64,000 nt of DNA from Rotaria socialis. Its lineage: Eukaryota. Position 1 is the stretch's first letter. Every line of letters begins with the position of its first letter. The stretch lies in assembly GCA_905331295.1 (NCBI GenBank), contig CAJNYD010000293.1:62001-126000 (forward strand), in the 5' to 3' direction. The position numbers and the translations under genes are program-made. The notes under the pieces are model-generated. The model had not been told where the DNA came from and did no database searches. It was given only the letters and a program-made list of their open reading frames with translations. Of the stretch, positions 14,101-27,810 are shown one piece after another.

Positions 14101-17100
14101 CACAGCATTCATGTAATCCGTCGCGAGTTTTTTTTTTATTAATGCGATGCGAAGCAGAAGCATTTCTGTTGTTCGTCGCGAGCTTTTTTTTTCTTTCACT
14201 TTCTCGACGTACGCATCTTTTTCATCATTTTGTGTCGCATTGATCTCGAGAACGGAAAATCATAGAAATGTCGTTAAAATGTAAGATAGAAGTATCGACA
14301 TCGAACTGCTTACACCTGTTTTCGAATCTTCAATCTGAACTTCTGTTCACTCACAAATGTGGTTTCAAAATGACGAAAATGAAAGTGACGTCATGAACAT
14401 ATGTTAGCCACCATAGTCTATTCATTGACAGCTGATCTAAGATAATGAATCATGGACATAATTAATCGATCAATCGAAATCGATCTTTAAGAATGTATCG
14501 CTATGTCAGAATGGAGTTTTCTCAGTGATGAATTTCATCATGTCGACATAAAAAGTATTCAAGATTTCTCTGAATTGAAGATTTTTTGTGAAGATCCGAT
14601 TCGAGCTTCGCATCGCATTCTGTATTTCAGTGAAACTTGAATACCATCTAGTTTTCCTTTCTTTCAAACTTGAGTACGTATAAAACGTTCTTATTAAGTG
14701 ACGCGATGATCTAAAGAACCGTAAATGCTAGAAAATCTATTCAAACTAGATATGAAAGTTTCAAGATCGAACTTGTTACATTTTTTTTCAAATTTTCAAT
14801 ACTAAGTTTCGTTCGCCTAAAAATATCATTCAAAAATGATGATTTTGTAAGGTTTTTATCGTTAGAAAGTGTCAAGATAATAAAAGAGATGTCAGCAAGC
14901 AATATTAGCCAATAGTCTATTTTTTCACATTTGATCTAAGATAGTGAATCATTGAAATAATTTAATGTTCAATCAAAAGCATTCTCTAGGATTATGGTGA
15001 TTATCACGAAAAAAAACATTTTCTCAACAATGAATTCTATTATGATTATTTGAGAACTAAAAAGAGATGTAATGATTTTTTGTTTTTTATTACAACTGCT
15101 GAAGACAGGAAAATGTGTATATTTCAAGCGAATATGAAACTAATCAGACCATAACGATGTCTAATTAATTTTAAGATTGCCTTTTCCTTTTCCGTTAAAT
15201 TTTTAATTTTTTCGTGTACTCGACTCGCGCTTTGCACCGCATTTCGTATACGAGTGAAACTCGAATACCATCTAAGTTTATTTGAAAACTATTGTTCTTA
15301 TAGCTATGCTCAATGCGTGTCAGGAACTTGTTCAATTAATACAAAATCAAGGTCGCAAATGGCAAAAAGCCATTCAATTCGAACGTGATGCCCGTTTACG
15401 CATGGAACGTATGTGTGAACAAGTCGCGTCACAAACAGTTAGATTAGAAAAACAAATGCAACGTGCATCACGTAACAATAAAAAGAGTGTTTCACCAGGT
15501 CGCTCAACAATTACTGCTATCAAATCATCAGATTTACGTGGAGCAAACGAAGGTAGTACTTTATCCGATGATGATGAATTTTATGATGCTATTGATGATC
15601 CACAAACCATTGGCGTTTTTCGTGTTCCGTATGTAGTTTTTTTTTCCTCGTCACGAACAAGGAATAATTTCAACGATATATTTATTTTTATAAGACTTCA
15701 ACAGCATGGATCAAATAATGATAAAGAATCACCAAATATTGTTGATGATGATGCAAGTTCGTATGATGAAGATGAAAGTGAATCAGAAGAACAAGATGAA
15801 AATAAATTACCAATGGTTATTGTTAAAGGTATGTGTTCATTGTATCATAATTTATAATCGATCATCATCGATTTCGCTTAGCACCAAAAACTGGAGAAAT
15901 AACTAATGAAGCGGCAGTTACAACAGAATCGACTTCTTCTGTAGCAGTACAAAAATCTGGTAACAATAGTAATCAACAAGTAGCAGTATCAAAACGTAAA
16001 CGTCGTGATGGTATTCCTGAACGACCAAATTATAGGTACGTAGATTTTTAGTTTATACTAGTAAAATGTATTATCATGAAATGTTTTCTTTTTTGTAGTA
16101 TCAATCTATGGAGTATCATTAAAAATTGTGTTGGTAAAGATTTATCGAAAATTCCAATACCAGTTAATTTTAGTGAACCAATCTCAATGTTACAACGTAT
16201 GACAGAAGAACTTGAATATAGTTCTGTACTTGATACAGCAGCTAAAATAAACAATAATTGGGAACAATTAGCTTATGTCGCTGCATTTACTATTTCATCT
16301 TATTCAACAACAACAACAAGAGTTAATAAACCATTTAATCCATTACTTGGAGAAACATATGAGTGCGATCGAACTGAGGATCTCGGTTGGAAATCCATCG
16401 CCGGTAACAAAATTTGTTAGAAAATTTTGCGAATGAATCAATTGAACGTTTTGCGTTTTTAGAACAAGTTAGCCATCATCCACCAGCTTTATCAACTCAT
16501 GTTGAAGGTCAAGGATGGACTTTATATCAAGAATTTACTATGACATCGAAGTTTCGTGGTCAATATTTAAGTATAACTCCATTAGGTAATATATTAAAGT
16601 CATTCTTGACAAAAACAAAAATATGTTGTTCGAGAAACAGAATTCATCGTCTGCAAGAATGTATCCATAGTTCAATGTCGATCTGTTGATAAGCGAACGG
16701 GAAAAGATAGAGAATGATAGTTTAATTTTTCTTGATAAGTATGCAATTAAAAACACTTGTCTCTGTTCTATAGGTTATTCGCATTTAATATTTAAAAATA
16801 CCGGTAATCATTTTACATGGAGAAAAGTAACAACTCTTGTCAATAATATAATTGTTGGCAAACTCTGGATTGATAATGTAAGTGAAATAAAAAGAATTCG
16901 TTTAAATTATTTCTGTCCTCATAGGTTGGTGAAATGGATATTATAAATCATACAACCAACGATGTTTGTAAATTGAAATATTTTCCTTATAGTTATTTTT
17001 CTAAAGACGTTCCACGTAAAGTAACTGGTGTTGTTACAGATGCTTCCGGTCAAGCTCGATGGGTACTAACTGGTAAAATTACACAATAGTATTTTTGCTT

Positions 17101-17582
17101 TTGAATTTCTATTATAATTATTATTAGGTACATGGACCGATAAAATAGAAGGCGGTCCCGTTGAATCGGCGCCAGGTCGTAATCCACATCCTCATCATAT
17201 GGAAACACGTAATATGAAATTATTGTGGCAACGTAAAATGCCCCCGCCACACCTTGAGTCTATGTATAATTTCACGCAACTTGCTATTGAATTAAATGAA
17301 GACGAACCAGGTGTGGCTCCAACAGATTCTCGTCGTCGACCTGATCAACGTTTGATGGAAGAGGCACGTTGGGATGAAGCTAATCAAGAAAAATTACGTG
17401 TGGAAGAAAAACAACGGCAAGTAAGACGTACACGTGAATCTTCTGAACATTACAATTATGAATCTAAATGGTTTAAACGACAACACGATCCATTAACGGA
17501 TTCCGAAATGCACATATATACAAACGAATATTGGGAATGCAAGCAAAAGCAAGATTGGTCAAGATGTGATGATATCTTTTAA
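11188..17582 (+). CDS. OSBP: Oxysterol-binding protein (PH domain + FFAT + ORD)
   Basis: PH domain GWLYKWTN|YLKGYQKRWFVL; FFAT-like DDDEFYDA at ~15567-15590; ORD motifs NLWSIIKNCVGKDLSKIPIPVNFSEP, KPFNPLLGETYE, EQVSHHPP and APTDSRRRPDQR; stop at 17582. The first exon (11188-~11317) is less certain than the rest. Confidence 0.93.
11399..11420. repeat. (CA)n microsatellite in OSBP intron 1
   Basis: Perfect acacac... run of about 11 units. Confidence 0.9.
14087..15276 (+). mobile_element. Non-autonomous Helentron/HINE (Helitron2-like) element, outer copy, in an OSBP intron
   Basis: The 5' subterminal IR AATGCGGTGCGAAGC (14087-14101) lies inside a 5' hairpin. Its reverse complement (1 mismatch) is at 15229-15243, followed by a 3' stem-loop CGAGT-GAA-ACTCG (15251-15263) and the end AATACCATCTAAG. 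Flanked by T-runs. Confidence 0.75.
14141..14651 (+). mobile_element. Related Helentron/HINE element nested inside the outer copy
   Basis: Perfect 15-bp subTIR pair AATGCGATGCGAAGC (14141-14155) / GCTTCGCATCGCATT (14605-14619). The 3' end AGTGAAACTTGAATACCATCTAG matches the outer element, and the internal sequence 14400-14540 is homologous to 14900-15045. Confidence 0.8.
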
Positions 17583-18089
17583 TCGTTTAATATAAATTTC
17601 TATCATCTATCTATTTTCGTTTGTTTGTTTTCTTTTTTTTTATTTATTTATTTACTATTAATAAAAATCTTTCGTTTCCTTCTCACTTCTCATGTTTATT
17701 GTTCGTACTCGTTTAAGTGGTCTCTGATGCGCACAACAGAAAAATATATATAATGAATTTATATCATGTTACTCATTTGGTTGTTTTCTTTTTCTCTTCA
17801 TCAGTTGTTTCTTTTCTTTTGTGTTTTTCGTCTGAAGTTTGTTTCCTCAAGATAGTCAGTGTGTAAGCCAGCAACGTTTTTATAAGATGTATGTCTTGAG
17901 AAAAAGTTTGTTTTTCAAACTCTTTCAGACAACATTCTCACTTGGTCTTTTCTCATTTTTTCCCCTGCATTCTACGATTAAATATATTTTAGATATGATG
18001 ATAAGAGAAAACGAATAATTTTAGAATGAGATGATCCTAATTCATAATTGAAAAAAGAAATAAAGAGAAATTTAAATGGGATAATTAAA

Positions 18090-21000
18090 ATGATGAAATT
18101 TGTCTTGGTCTTTATTGTTGCTTGTTGCTCAGCACAAAACAAACCGCTAATTGGTATGTAAATTTAATTTTTGTAAGCGAGTTACCATTTCGGAACAGCA
18201 ATCGTTTTTGGGACGTATTTTTGAATAGATCGTATTGCCTATTGCAATCTAATTATGGTTGAGCTAGTAAAAGGTCTATTGAATTTGTTTATTAGATACT
18301 CATATATGCATGTCAAGTTGACTCAGTTCGTAACAGCGCTCTCTTAGGTAGATGTAATCGAAAAATGGTTGTTGAAAATTTCAGACATGCGAATTTTTAT
18401 TATTAGGAATAATTCTGTACGCTTGAAAAATAAGTAAAATATTGCATGTCTTCAAGATGCATTCGAGCATTATTTTTAAGTCTTGGAAAGTCGTTTTGAA
18501 TCTTTATTTTGTAAAAATAGAAAAAAAGAACACGACTAGCAAAATCCCTACTGGATTGAAATGTGAAACATGATATCATTGTTGTTGTTACTCAATAGCA
18601 GTTTATTTTGTTTTTTTGCATTTATTTGGAGACAAACTATTTTGACTTTATCCTTGATACGCGCAAATAAGGAACTAGTTTATATATTAGAACAAGATTT
18701 TATTAATGTAGGATTTCTAGATTGAATAAATCTATCGAGACTATTATTTATAACTTCTGTATATATGCTTATTGTTCACAAAATGCCAGATATAGGCGGC
18801 TATAAACTAATTTTATCCGGGTAAACTGTTTTGCCAGTTGGACGTTAAGTGACCTGAATATCATCCCAACAGTTAACTTGTCGATAGAATCTTCTGGCTA
18901 GCAGTTCTATTGAGCTTTTTTTCCACAAATCGTAGTCTGACAAATATGTCTTAAACCCCTAACAGTTCGTGTATTTATATATTTGCTGTTTCTATGTGAT
19001 GAACAACTAGCTAAACTCTTATATACAACAGCTTATTAAAGATTAAATATTTGATTAAAGAAAAATCTCCTCATCGATTCACTTCAATATTCTTTTTAGA
19101 TCCTGTTTCTACAGAAACACAGAAAGTCATCTAATTAATATTGTTTGATTCAACCGAATCCACACCTATTCAGGAATGATCCCTCACACTCTAGAATTAT
19201 CATTCTTTATTATTAACCATCTCTACATTTTCTTTTCCAAGTGCAATATTTTCCTAAGCGATTCTTTTTAATATTTAGGGCGAGATTTTGCTCAACACTA
19301 CTCTCGTATCCGTTTATTCGAATATGACAGTTATTCAGATGCGAAATTTCTTAAATTTAACATTAATGGACCAACAAAATTAGCCAATTGGTCATTGACA
19401 ATAGCTACTGAAGGAAAATGTCCCGAACAGTTCGCTAATATACACTTGTATGTAATTACAAAAAATAAATATCAATGAATATTCGAAAGAAAAAATTGTC
19501 TGTCTTGTTTATTCTATTAGCTATTTGCAATATGGTGCATATCCATTAGCTGCACCACGAAATGAAACATTTCCACAAGGATTTATCACTAGTCGTCATC
19601 ATCTTTTTAAGTTAATTTTTAATCAAACACTAATTAATCCATTAATTCAAATTAATAGTCCTTTAATAGGAACATGGTTTGCGATGGTAAAACTAGCTCT
19701 TAAGTTTGTTTGTTTATATAGTTCATCGGTTTTATTTAGACATTTATCGATCGTTCGACATCCACTATTGGACGAAAAGTAAATACTGTCTATAAAATTC
19801 TATTTTTTCTTAAAATTTTTATTTATAGATTTCTAATGCAGGATGTAATTTTTATTTATCAACTTGGCTCGATTATGAAGTTATACCAATACCCTTAACA
19901 TTGACGTTCAATGATCCCGTTCAAATTGTTCTAAACAATGATAAACCATCGATTTATGCATCGTAAATATTTAAGATTATTGTAATTAGCAAAGCAAAAT
20001 TTCCATTTATTTATTTCTAGTTATTATACATCAGTAGGAAATGCTCGATTGATGATTTTATCGGAATGGTCAAGTAATTGTGATATAAAAATTTTCGCTA
20101 AAATACATTCACTTCCAAGTGCTTCTTTATATGATTATAAAACAGGTATAATTTTATTAAGATAATTTTATTGTATAAGAAAAAAAATATTTTTCTTTTT
20201 ATAGCTTGTAAAAGTAAAACATGTTTGATAGAACTCGATCAATTATCTGGATTTTTGTGGGTTTATTTTGAAATAACAGTTAGTAATTTATCATGTTTAG
20301 TTAATCCGATTTATGGTCATTTGCTTATTCGGCCAATAGGTATTTAATTTAGCTTCTTTTTTTTCTATAGGACTCGCTTAAGAAAATGATTTATTTAGAA
20401 TGTCTATCTTCAAACAATGTGTGCATTCAATCTTTTCCAACACGGCGAATAATGTTTAATTATTATTATGACTTTTTATATGTACCGATATATACAACAA
20501 ATCGATTAACTAGCAGCAGTACTAGTTCTATCACTTTCAACGAACAAGCGTTTTCAACATATTCATATGAATTTATTGTTGATGATAGAAATATTGGTGG
20601 AACATTACATTTTGATTTTGAATCTCGTATTATGGTATGTCTATTGACTTGACTTTTTTTTATTAAGATTTTCTTTCTTTTCGAGTAGCCTTTCGTATCG
20701 TTAAATGCGAATATTAGTATTCTTGGGTGCATATCAAAATTTCGACCACGTTTCTATGATACATGTGAAAACGACTATCGAATAGTTATTGAAAAAAATT
20801 CCATGGTAATCCGATCAATACCTTACCCTGAAATGGCTTCTTGGTATATAACATTAAAATATGCTTGCAACGGGTTAGTTGAATGTTTGATGCCTTAAGC
20901 TAATTCGCGTTTTTTTCTTCTCCGTTGATTTTAGTTTAGTGAATGAATGCGCAAATGCTTCACTGACACTCATGTCTCAAATATCATCATCTCAATGTAC

Positions 21001-23565
21001 AAAACAGCAATGTGGAACGTATGGTATTTGTAGAATATTGACATCACAACAAAATGTATTTTCAACTTGTACATGTCTTGGTGGTTAGTTTCGAAATGTT
21101 GTATTTTTCAAGATTGAGCAATAGATATTATGAGACTTTAGAGATCTCTTTTTAACAGATCTTTAAACGAACGAAAGATTTTCTTCTCACTCGATCAAAC
21201 AAAACGAATGAATTCATGTAATGGAATGTCTGTTCTGAAAAAAAAGTGACGAGAATGGTAGAAAAGCAAATCTGTAAATATTTATGATTGGATCAAACGT
21301 TAGCGTTCTATGCACACCGAAAGACAATGAATGTACAGTCTGGTATTTGTGTTCTCATTGCTTGAATCATTTAATAATCAAAAATAAAATGAACTTGATT
21401 GGTAAATGACAAAGATACTCTTACTTGAATTTACATAGAAAGTAATTATCATAAGAAGTATTATTTACAAAAGAAAAGTATCTTTTGCTTTTCAAATTGC
21501 TCTCTCGCGCTGTAGCTTATGTGTGAAGAATAATAATTAAACATAATTTTTCTCGTTTTTTTATTTTGTAATTTATATAAATTTTTGTTTAGGCTATCGT
21601 GGATATGGCTGTACCGATCGTACTCATGCTTATGCATCGAAAAGTTTATCGAGTGTCCTTTTTTTGACAATTAGTAATTTAATGTTTTTACCAGCTATAA
21701 TCTTGGCAGTTTATAGACATTTATACATCGAAGCACTTGTCTATTTTTTCAATATGTTTTTTTCTACGGTAAGTTTTCATTTAAAAATAAAATCAATACA
21801 AAGAAAAACGCATTTTTTGTTCATAACTTTAGTTTTATCATGCATGCGATCAAGATATGAATAAATTTTGCATATTTAAATATGACGGTTTACAATTATC
21901 TGATTTTATTGGTTCATATGCATCGTTTGTTATTACATTAATAACTATGGCAATAGTGCCAAGATCAACGAAAGTCTTTCTCTTTATGTTAGGCGTATTA
22001 ACATGTATTGTTATTAATTCACGTGATCGATTTGATCATTTTCAATTTATCTTCTTGATTAGTATTACATTTTTGTTTACAATCGTAACTTGGGTAACAA
22101 AAATTGTTTACGTATTTTTCGTTGAGTAACTTTGATAAATTTTAGGCTATCGGTTCGATTAAACAACGTCGTCTACGACCATCGTCAAAACATCTTCTAT
22201 TTTATACGCCTGGATTTCTATTAGCCTTAGCCGGACTTATTTTATTTGCATTTTGTGAAACAGATGAAAACTATTGGTATACACATAGTTTATGGCATAT
22301 ATTTATTGCGGGTTCAATACTATTTTTTCTGCCACACAAAAGTAAGTTTTAAAAAATGCGCTTCTTTTTGAGGGTTTTCATATTTATATCTTTAAATTAA
22401 CATAAAGAAAATAACACGTTAGGCATGAAAGAACAATACCCAACCGATCTACCACTTATAAAAAGGACACAATCAGGTGATAACAATCAGATCGATATTC
22501 CATATTCACATACCTAAAGCTTGATGAATGCATGATTGTATATATGCTATGGAATTATGACTTATAAATCATAGAAAAATCTTGTGTTTTTTTTATGGAT
22601 GCAATTTAAAATGCTTCTTAAATATAACTCGTTAAATGACAAAATCTTGAAAATCGACGGACTTTAAAACATCGTTTTTTTAACCGACAGCAAGTTTTCG
22701 CATACTGTCATAGATCTCGATAAGCTCAAAAACATTCACATTGGCTATTTTCGAAAAGTTATAGCTTGATCCTATGACGACTGTGGTATGTCTATTCGTC
22801 ACTAGACGTCATCTTTGAATTCTTGATTAAAAGTTTTTATGTTCACGGAAAATGCATTATTTTGAAGACCTTGAAATAAACATACACGATCTATCCTAGA
22901 TTTTAAGGGAACTGGTGATACGTATTCGAGTAGTGTAAACCTTAACTTTTAACGTCACTCCAATCAATATAATGCCAGTAGTTCCTGTGAAAATCCATAC
23001 AATATTCGTTGATTTTCGTGTCTCTTCCATTCGGATGCATCAATTCACGATATTTCTCTTCGCAAAAAATCTTCTTGTACGTTCGACAAAAGAAGTTTCA
23101 TGGAAGTGAACGTATCATTCATTTTCTTAAATAATAAATTTAAAAGATAGATCATCTTCATCAGAGATGAAATATTGAAAATTCAAGAAAATAAATCATT
23201 GTCGAAGTCCATTAACATAGCCTTATTGATTCAACCTGCTAGATTTCCTAGTAATTATAATCATGCATGTCTTTTAAATTTTAATCTTGCTCGCAACTCT
23301 CACTAGTTCATTTTTTTGTGATAAGATAGATTGAACGTTTGTTTCTAATATTTTATTATCGAAAAACAAAATTCTCTATTATTATTTTTTTTAAGAATCT
23401 TCAAAACGCCAAGCAACGGCTACTACATTAGATGTAAATATAAATAATGAGAGTCCATCAATTGGTACTGATAATCCAGCACTGCGACCACCCATTGACA
23501 ATGCTTCTTTATCATCGTCGAATACGGATTCATCGAAAAAATCAACCGACAATCTTCTTAGTTAA
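18090..23565 (+). CDS. TMEM8: TMEM8/PGAP6-family protein (signal peptide, EGF-like module, 7-TM CREST/DUF3522 domain)
   Basis: Signal peptide MMKFVLVFIVACCSA; LQYGAYP..P.NETFP; EGF module CTKQQCGTYGICRIL...CTCLG|GYRGYGC; TM region LTISNLMFLPAI, ST|FYHACDQ, LSDFIGS and NYWYIHSLWH. Probable 69-nt exon at 22408-22476; last exon 23396-23565. Confidence 0.85.
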
Positions 23566-24280
23566 AATGAAACAGATTTGTGATTGTTTTTCGTTTTTTT
23601 TTTATTTCAACGTGTTGAATATAATGTGATCTTCTCAAAATCAAGTTATTTTGTTGTTTGATATTTCTTACGACAAATCTCTATTTTTTAATCTAGTCTT
23701 TTTCTATTTGGATAGCTAGAACTTCGAATATGTTTGATCTACTTACATCTAAGCTTGTGTTTATTTCTTATGTTCTTTTTTTTTTATACAAGTGTAAAAT
23801 GTCTGCGAGATGGCGCTAATCAATATCTGCTCTCTTTTTTTTTGCCTTAATGTAGAGCAATATATTTTTTAATGTCCATTATTCGTATTCAAATAAAATG
23901 AAAGGGTATTCACGTATTTTAGCACTAATTGATTGATTTCGTTAACAAATCATACGGCCAGTTCTTTGTCTGATGAGATTAATCAACGGTCTGTGCATCC
24001 TATATATTTCAAACAATGAACAGGACTATCAGTCTCTTACGCGATTGGTGCGAATCCTGTTCACTAATGTTCAACTTCATATAAAGCAATGTATGCTACG
24101 TTTCTTTGACACTCGAATACAATGAGATATTTGAGTAGAATAATGGGACATGTGCCTAGAATTTAAATGAAAAATAAACTTTTTTTGAAACCGGAAATAA
24201 GATTCAGTGTTAGAAAAATTTCCATGCAACTTGAGAATCAATTATTCACTAAGAAATTCGTTTAGATATTTAAAAAAAAC

Positions 24281-27200
24281 ATGTGTACTTATCATGGTAT
24301 ATTGGAAGAATATCCTCTTATATCCATTGATTCATTTGAAAGTCATAATTATACAAGTACTATGTTTTTCATCTCACATATTCATATGGATCATCTGATT
24401 GGCCTTGAACGACCAGAGTTTGGTAGATATGTTGCAAAAATTAATGCTCCTATCTATATGTCTGATATTTCTAAACAACTATTAAGTACAATACCTTTAT
24501 ATCGTCATCTAGTACCATATTTTAAATCAGTACCTATTGATCAACCATTTACTTTAACAATACAATCAAATGATCCTGTACAAGCAAAGAAAAAAGAAGG
24601 AGCCGGTAGCATTAAAAAATAGTATTTATCATTTCTTCTTGAATTATTTATTTGTTTAGATATGGAAAGTTTAAAAAATACTTTATCATCGCATGCACCC
24701 AATGTTGGTGAAACAATTGTTGTTACTTGCTTTGGTTCAGGTCACTGTCCTGGTTCAATTATGGTTTGGATTGAAGGTCAACATGGTAATGTTTTATTTA
24801 CGGGAGATTTTCGTCTTTATCATGGTCAAGCTAAACGTTTAACACATTTACATCGACGACGAACCGATGATGATGATGATGATAATTATATATTCAAACC
24901 CATAGACAATATCTATATTGATATGACATTTTTTCGTCCGGAAATTCTGCATATTCCAAAACGTGAAGTTAGTTGTGAAGCACTTATTTTATGGATAAAA
25001 GATTTATTAGCTGACAAATCAAATGTTAATTTTCATTTTAAACAAAGGTATAAAATGAACCAAACAAAAGAAAAAGTTAATTATGTATTACTACAATAAC
25101 AATTTTCTTTTAGTGCTCGTGTCGGTTATGAACAAATTTTTCGAGCTCTATACGATAGTTTAGGCATGCGTGTACATGTAGAACAAAGTCAATATGAATT
25201 TTTTTCATGTTTACCAATTATACAAGAATGTCTAACCACGGATCCAACAACAACACGTTTACATGCATGTCGTACACCATCGTCTAATTATACTCAGCCT
25301 TGCTCGTTATTTCGAAACTGTGATAAACCGATACGAATACTTTTATCAATTATGTGGTTTACCGAACAAATATCTGCTAGTAAGTCGTCATTTAATTGCC
25401 TTTTCATCATTTTAACTTATTAGAATCGTCTATATCTTTGATAAAGTTTTTAAAGAAGATAAGAATATCTAAAAATTGTCCTTATACTCGATGAGGTGAA
25501 AATGTATTCGAAATTCTGCTGAATAATTATGGTAGGATTGTTTCTCATGATTATACATACATCTAATTTGACCTTTTTTGTTAAATGTCTATTGAAATCT
25601 ATCAAATTAAAAATACGAAAAAAATCCATGAATGACTCCATTTAGTAGAACGAATCTTTCTCGAGCTAGAAGAAGCTCTGAGCATGAATTTGATGACAGT
25701 GAAAAATATGAGTTGTAACTAACGTGCTTCTCCCTTTCATCAGTTTTCTTGTAGCCAACGAAAAGTTCACCACTGAGGTTATATCAATTCTTATCTCTAT
25801 TTACTTTTGTTAAGGCGAACTATTAGTTGAATATCATGAATATCATTCAAATTTTGATCAAAATTTATCGAGACGTTGTATTGGCTTTCAAGATTATGGA
25901 GCCGACAATATCGACACAAATTTTCAAGATACATATGTAAATTATCGTTTATGCTATTCATTACATTCATCATTTTCTGAAATAGTTGATGTATTAAAAA
26001 CATTAAAACCAAAATGTGTTACACCAATTGCAGCACCATTAACAACAATGATGACAACAAAGCGTTTATTTCAAATCATTGACCATTTTATACAAGATAA
26101 TTCTATTGAAATACCAATGGTAACGATTAGAAATTTAAATGAAAAAATGCAACGAAAATCTATTAATCAACAAATACAACTTAAACATCGTTATGAATCT
26201 TTTGAAACTAAACTTGAACGAAAACGTCGTAGGAAATTATTCAAAGAACAACAACAACGAAAAGCGAATGATGAAGAATTAGATTTAGGGATTGATGAAG
26301 AAAGAGACCATCATCTTTTGCAAAGAATTGATTCTTTAAATGAATCGATTGGTAAAAAAATACAAACAAATTCTTCGGCAAAATTCTTTCGATGTATGTA
26401 ACGAAATTTCTATAATAAGATTAATTGAAAGGATTAGTGGAAATTTTACCAGCAACATCTGTGCAGGATAACAATGTGAGCTTATCGCAGAGAGATGGGT
26501 TTGGTTCTATTTATTTATTTTTGTCCATGTCCCCCATTGAATCCTACAGAAAAATAGTAAACAACAAGTTCATATATTAGAACAAAACATTATTGATGTA
26601 TGATCTTTTTTCTTCGACTGTTATATTCATATAATTCGTAGAGTGAAGACCAATACATGACGATTTCATTAAGAAAGATATTTTATTACAGATTTTTGTA
26701 AATAACTTTTTTCTAAGAGCTATTATGAGCGAAAAAAATATTGCTACCCGAGGGTTCACTTTTTCAGTTAGTAAAAGTGAGCTAATAAAATTTTATTAAA
26801 TTTACATGTTTACTTTTATCAATGTGAGAACAAAAATAACTTTTAGCATGAGACTTTGCAAACATAATGTTTTATTCATCAAACTCAAGGATATTTCGAT
26901 TTATTCTTTCTCTAAATACTATTTATCAAACAATATCTTAGTTCATTTAAATAGTGGATCATTTGAAGTTATTCATCAATTATTTTCTTTGTTATATTGT
27001 TCGTCGTAAACAATGAACATATATCGTAGATTAAAATAATTCTATTTAATAATGTTCTTACAATAGAAGCGCATAATTTCTCATGTAATTGCATCATTTT
27101 TAATTAAAAAAATTTTTTGTCATAAATTGAGGCTATCGAAAATTGTGTAAGCTTCAATTGCCTACAATTAATATAGCCGCTAATCTCTAAAATATCGGAA

Positions 27201-27810
27201 GATTATCTTTATTGAAGTTCTAGTTGTGTGAGATATTACTTAATCAAGGAATCTTCTAGGACACACGGCATATTACTCTATCTAACGGAAGTCTCCTATC
27301 GCCAGAGAGGTTTTAGCTGTAGATAGCTACAATAAATATAAGTATAGAATGATCGAAGTAAATCGTGCGTTGACTTTTAAGTTTGAAAGAAAATCTTAAG
27401 CTAAGAATTTAATTTTAATTTTAGCTATTTCATTGGATACAGTAATAAAAAAAGATAAAAAGAATACCATCAATGGCGATCAACAAATAAACATATCTGT
27501 CGAAGAATCAACTTCAAACGAAAGCATATCATCAATATCAGAAGATTCATCTAATTCATTATCAATTGAAGATATCAGACCAATCAATGATAACCTTCCT
27601 GATATTTGTTCATCTGAAATAGAATATATATCTAGTGATCAACAGTTTGTTGAATTAACTTCTTTAGAGGACAATCAAGAAAGTACCATGTCAGATTCTT
27701 CTTCTGATACGGTCGATTATGACTTCGATACAGAAATATGTGCACCACGTACATTCGAATCTCAAGAATGTATGATTCCGTTATCTACTTGTCATGATAG
27801 GGAATGTTAA
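24281..27810 (+). CDS. DCLRE1C: Artemis (SNM1C) metallo-beta-lactamase/beta-CASP nuclease
   Basis: EYPLISIDSF (Artemis N-terminal signature), SHIHMDH, GHCPGS, LFTGDFR, IYIDMTF, VGYEQIF, RLHACR, IMWF and YRLCYSLHSSFSEI. Exons ~24281-24605, 24660-25047, 25114-25379, 25815-26351, 27425-27810. Confidence 0.9.
26727..26790. mobile_element. Possible terminal remnant of a Helentron/MITE in the last Artemis intron
   Basis: Hairpin GGTTCACTTTT...AAAAGTGAGCT next to AATAAAA; the matching opposite end is not clearly identifiable. Confidence 0.3.

Noticed and set aside
23969..23995. CTGATGAG as a hammerhead core or C/D box
   Set aside because: No GAAA follows the potential stem II and no matching box D/terminal stem arrangement was found.
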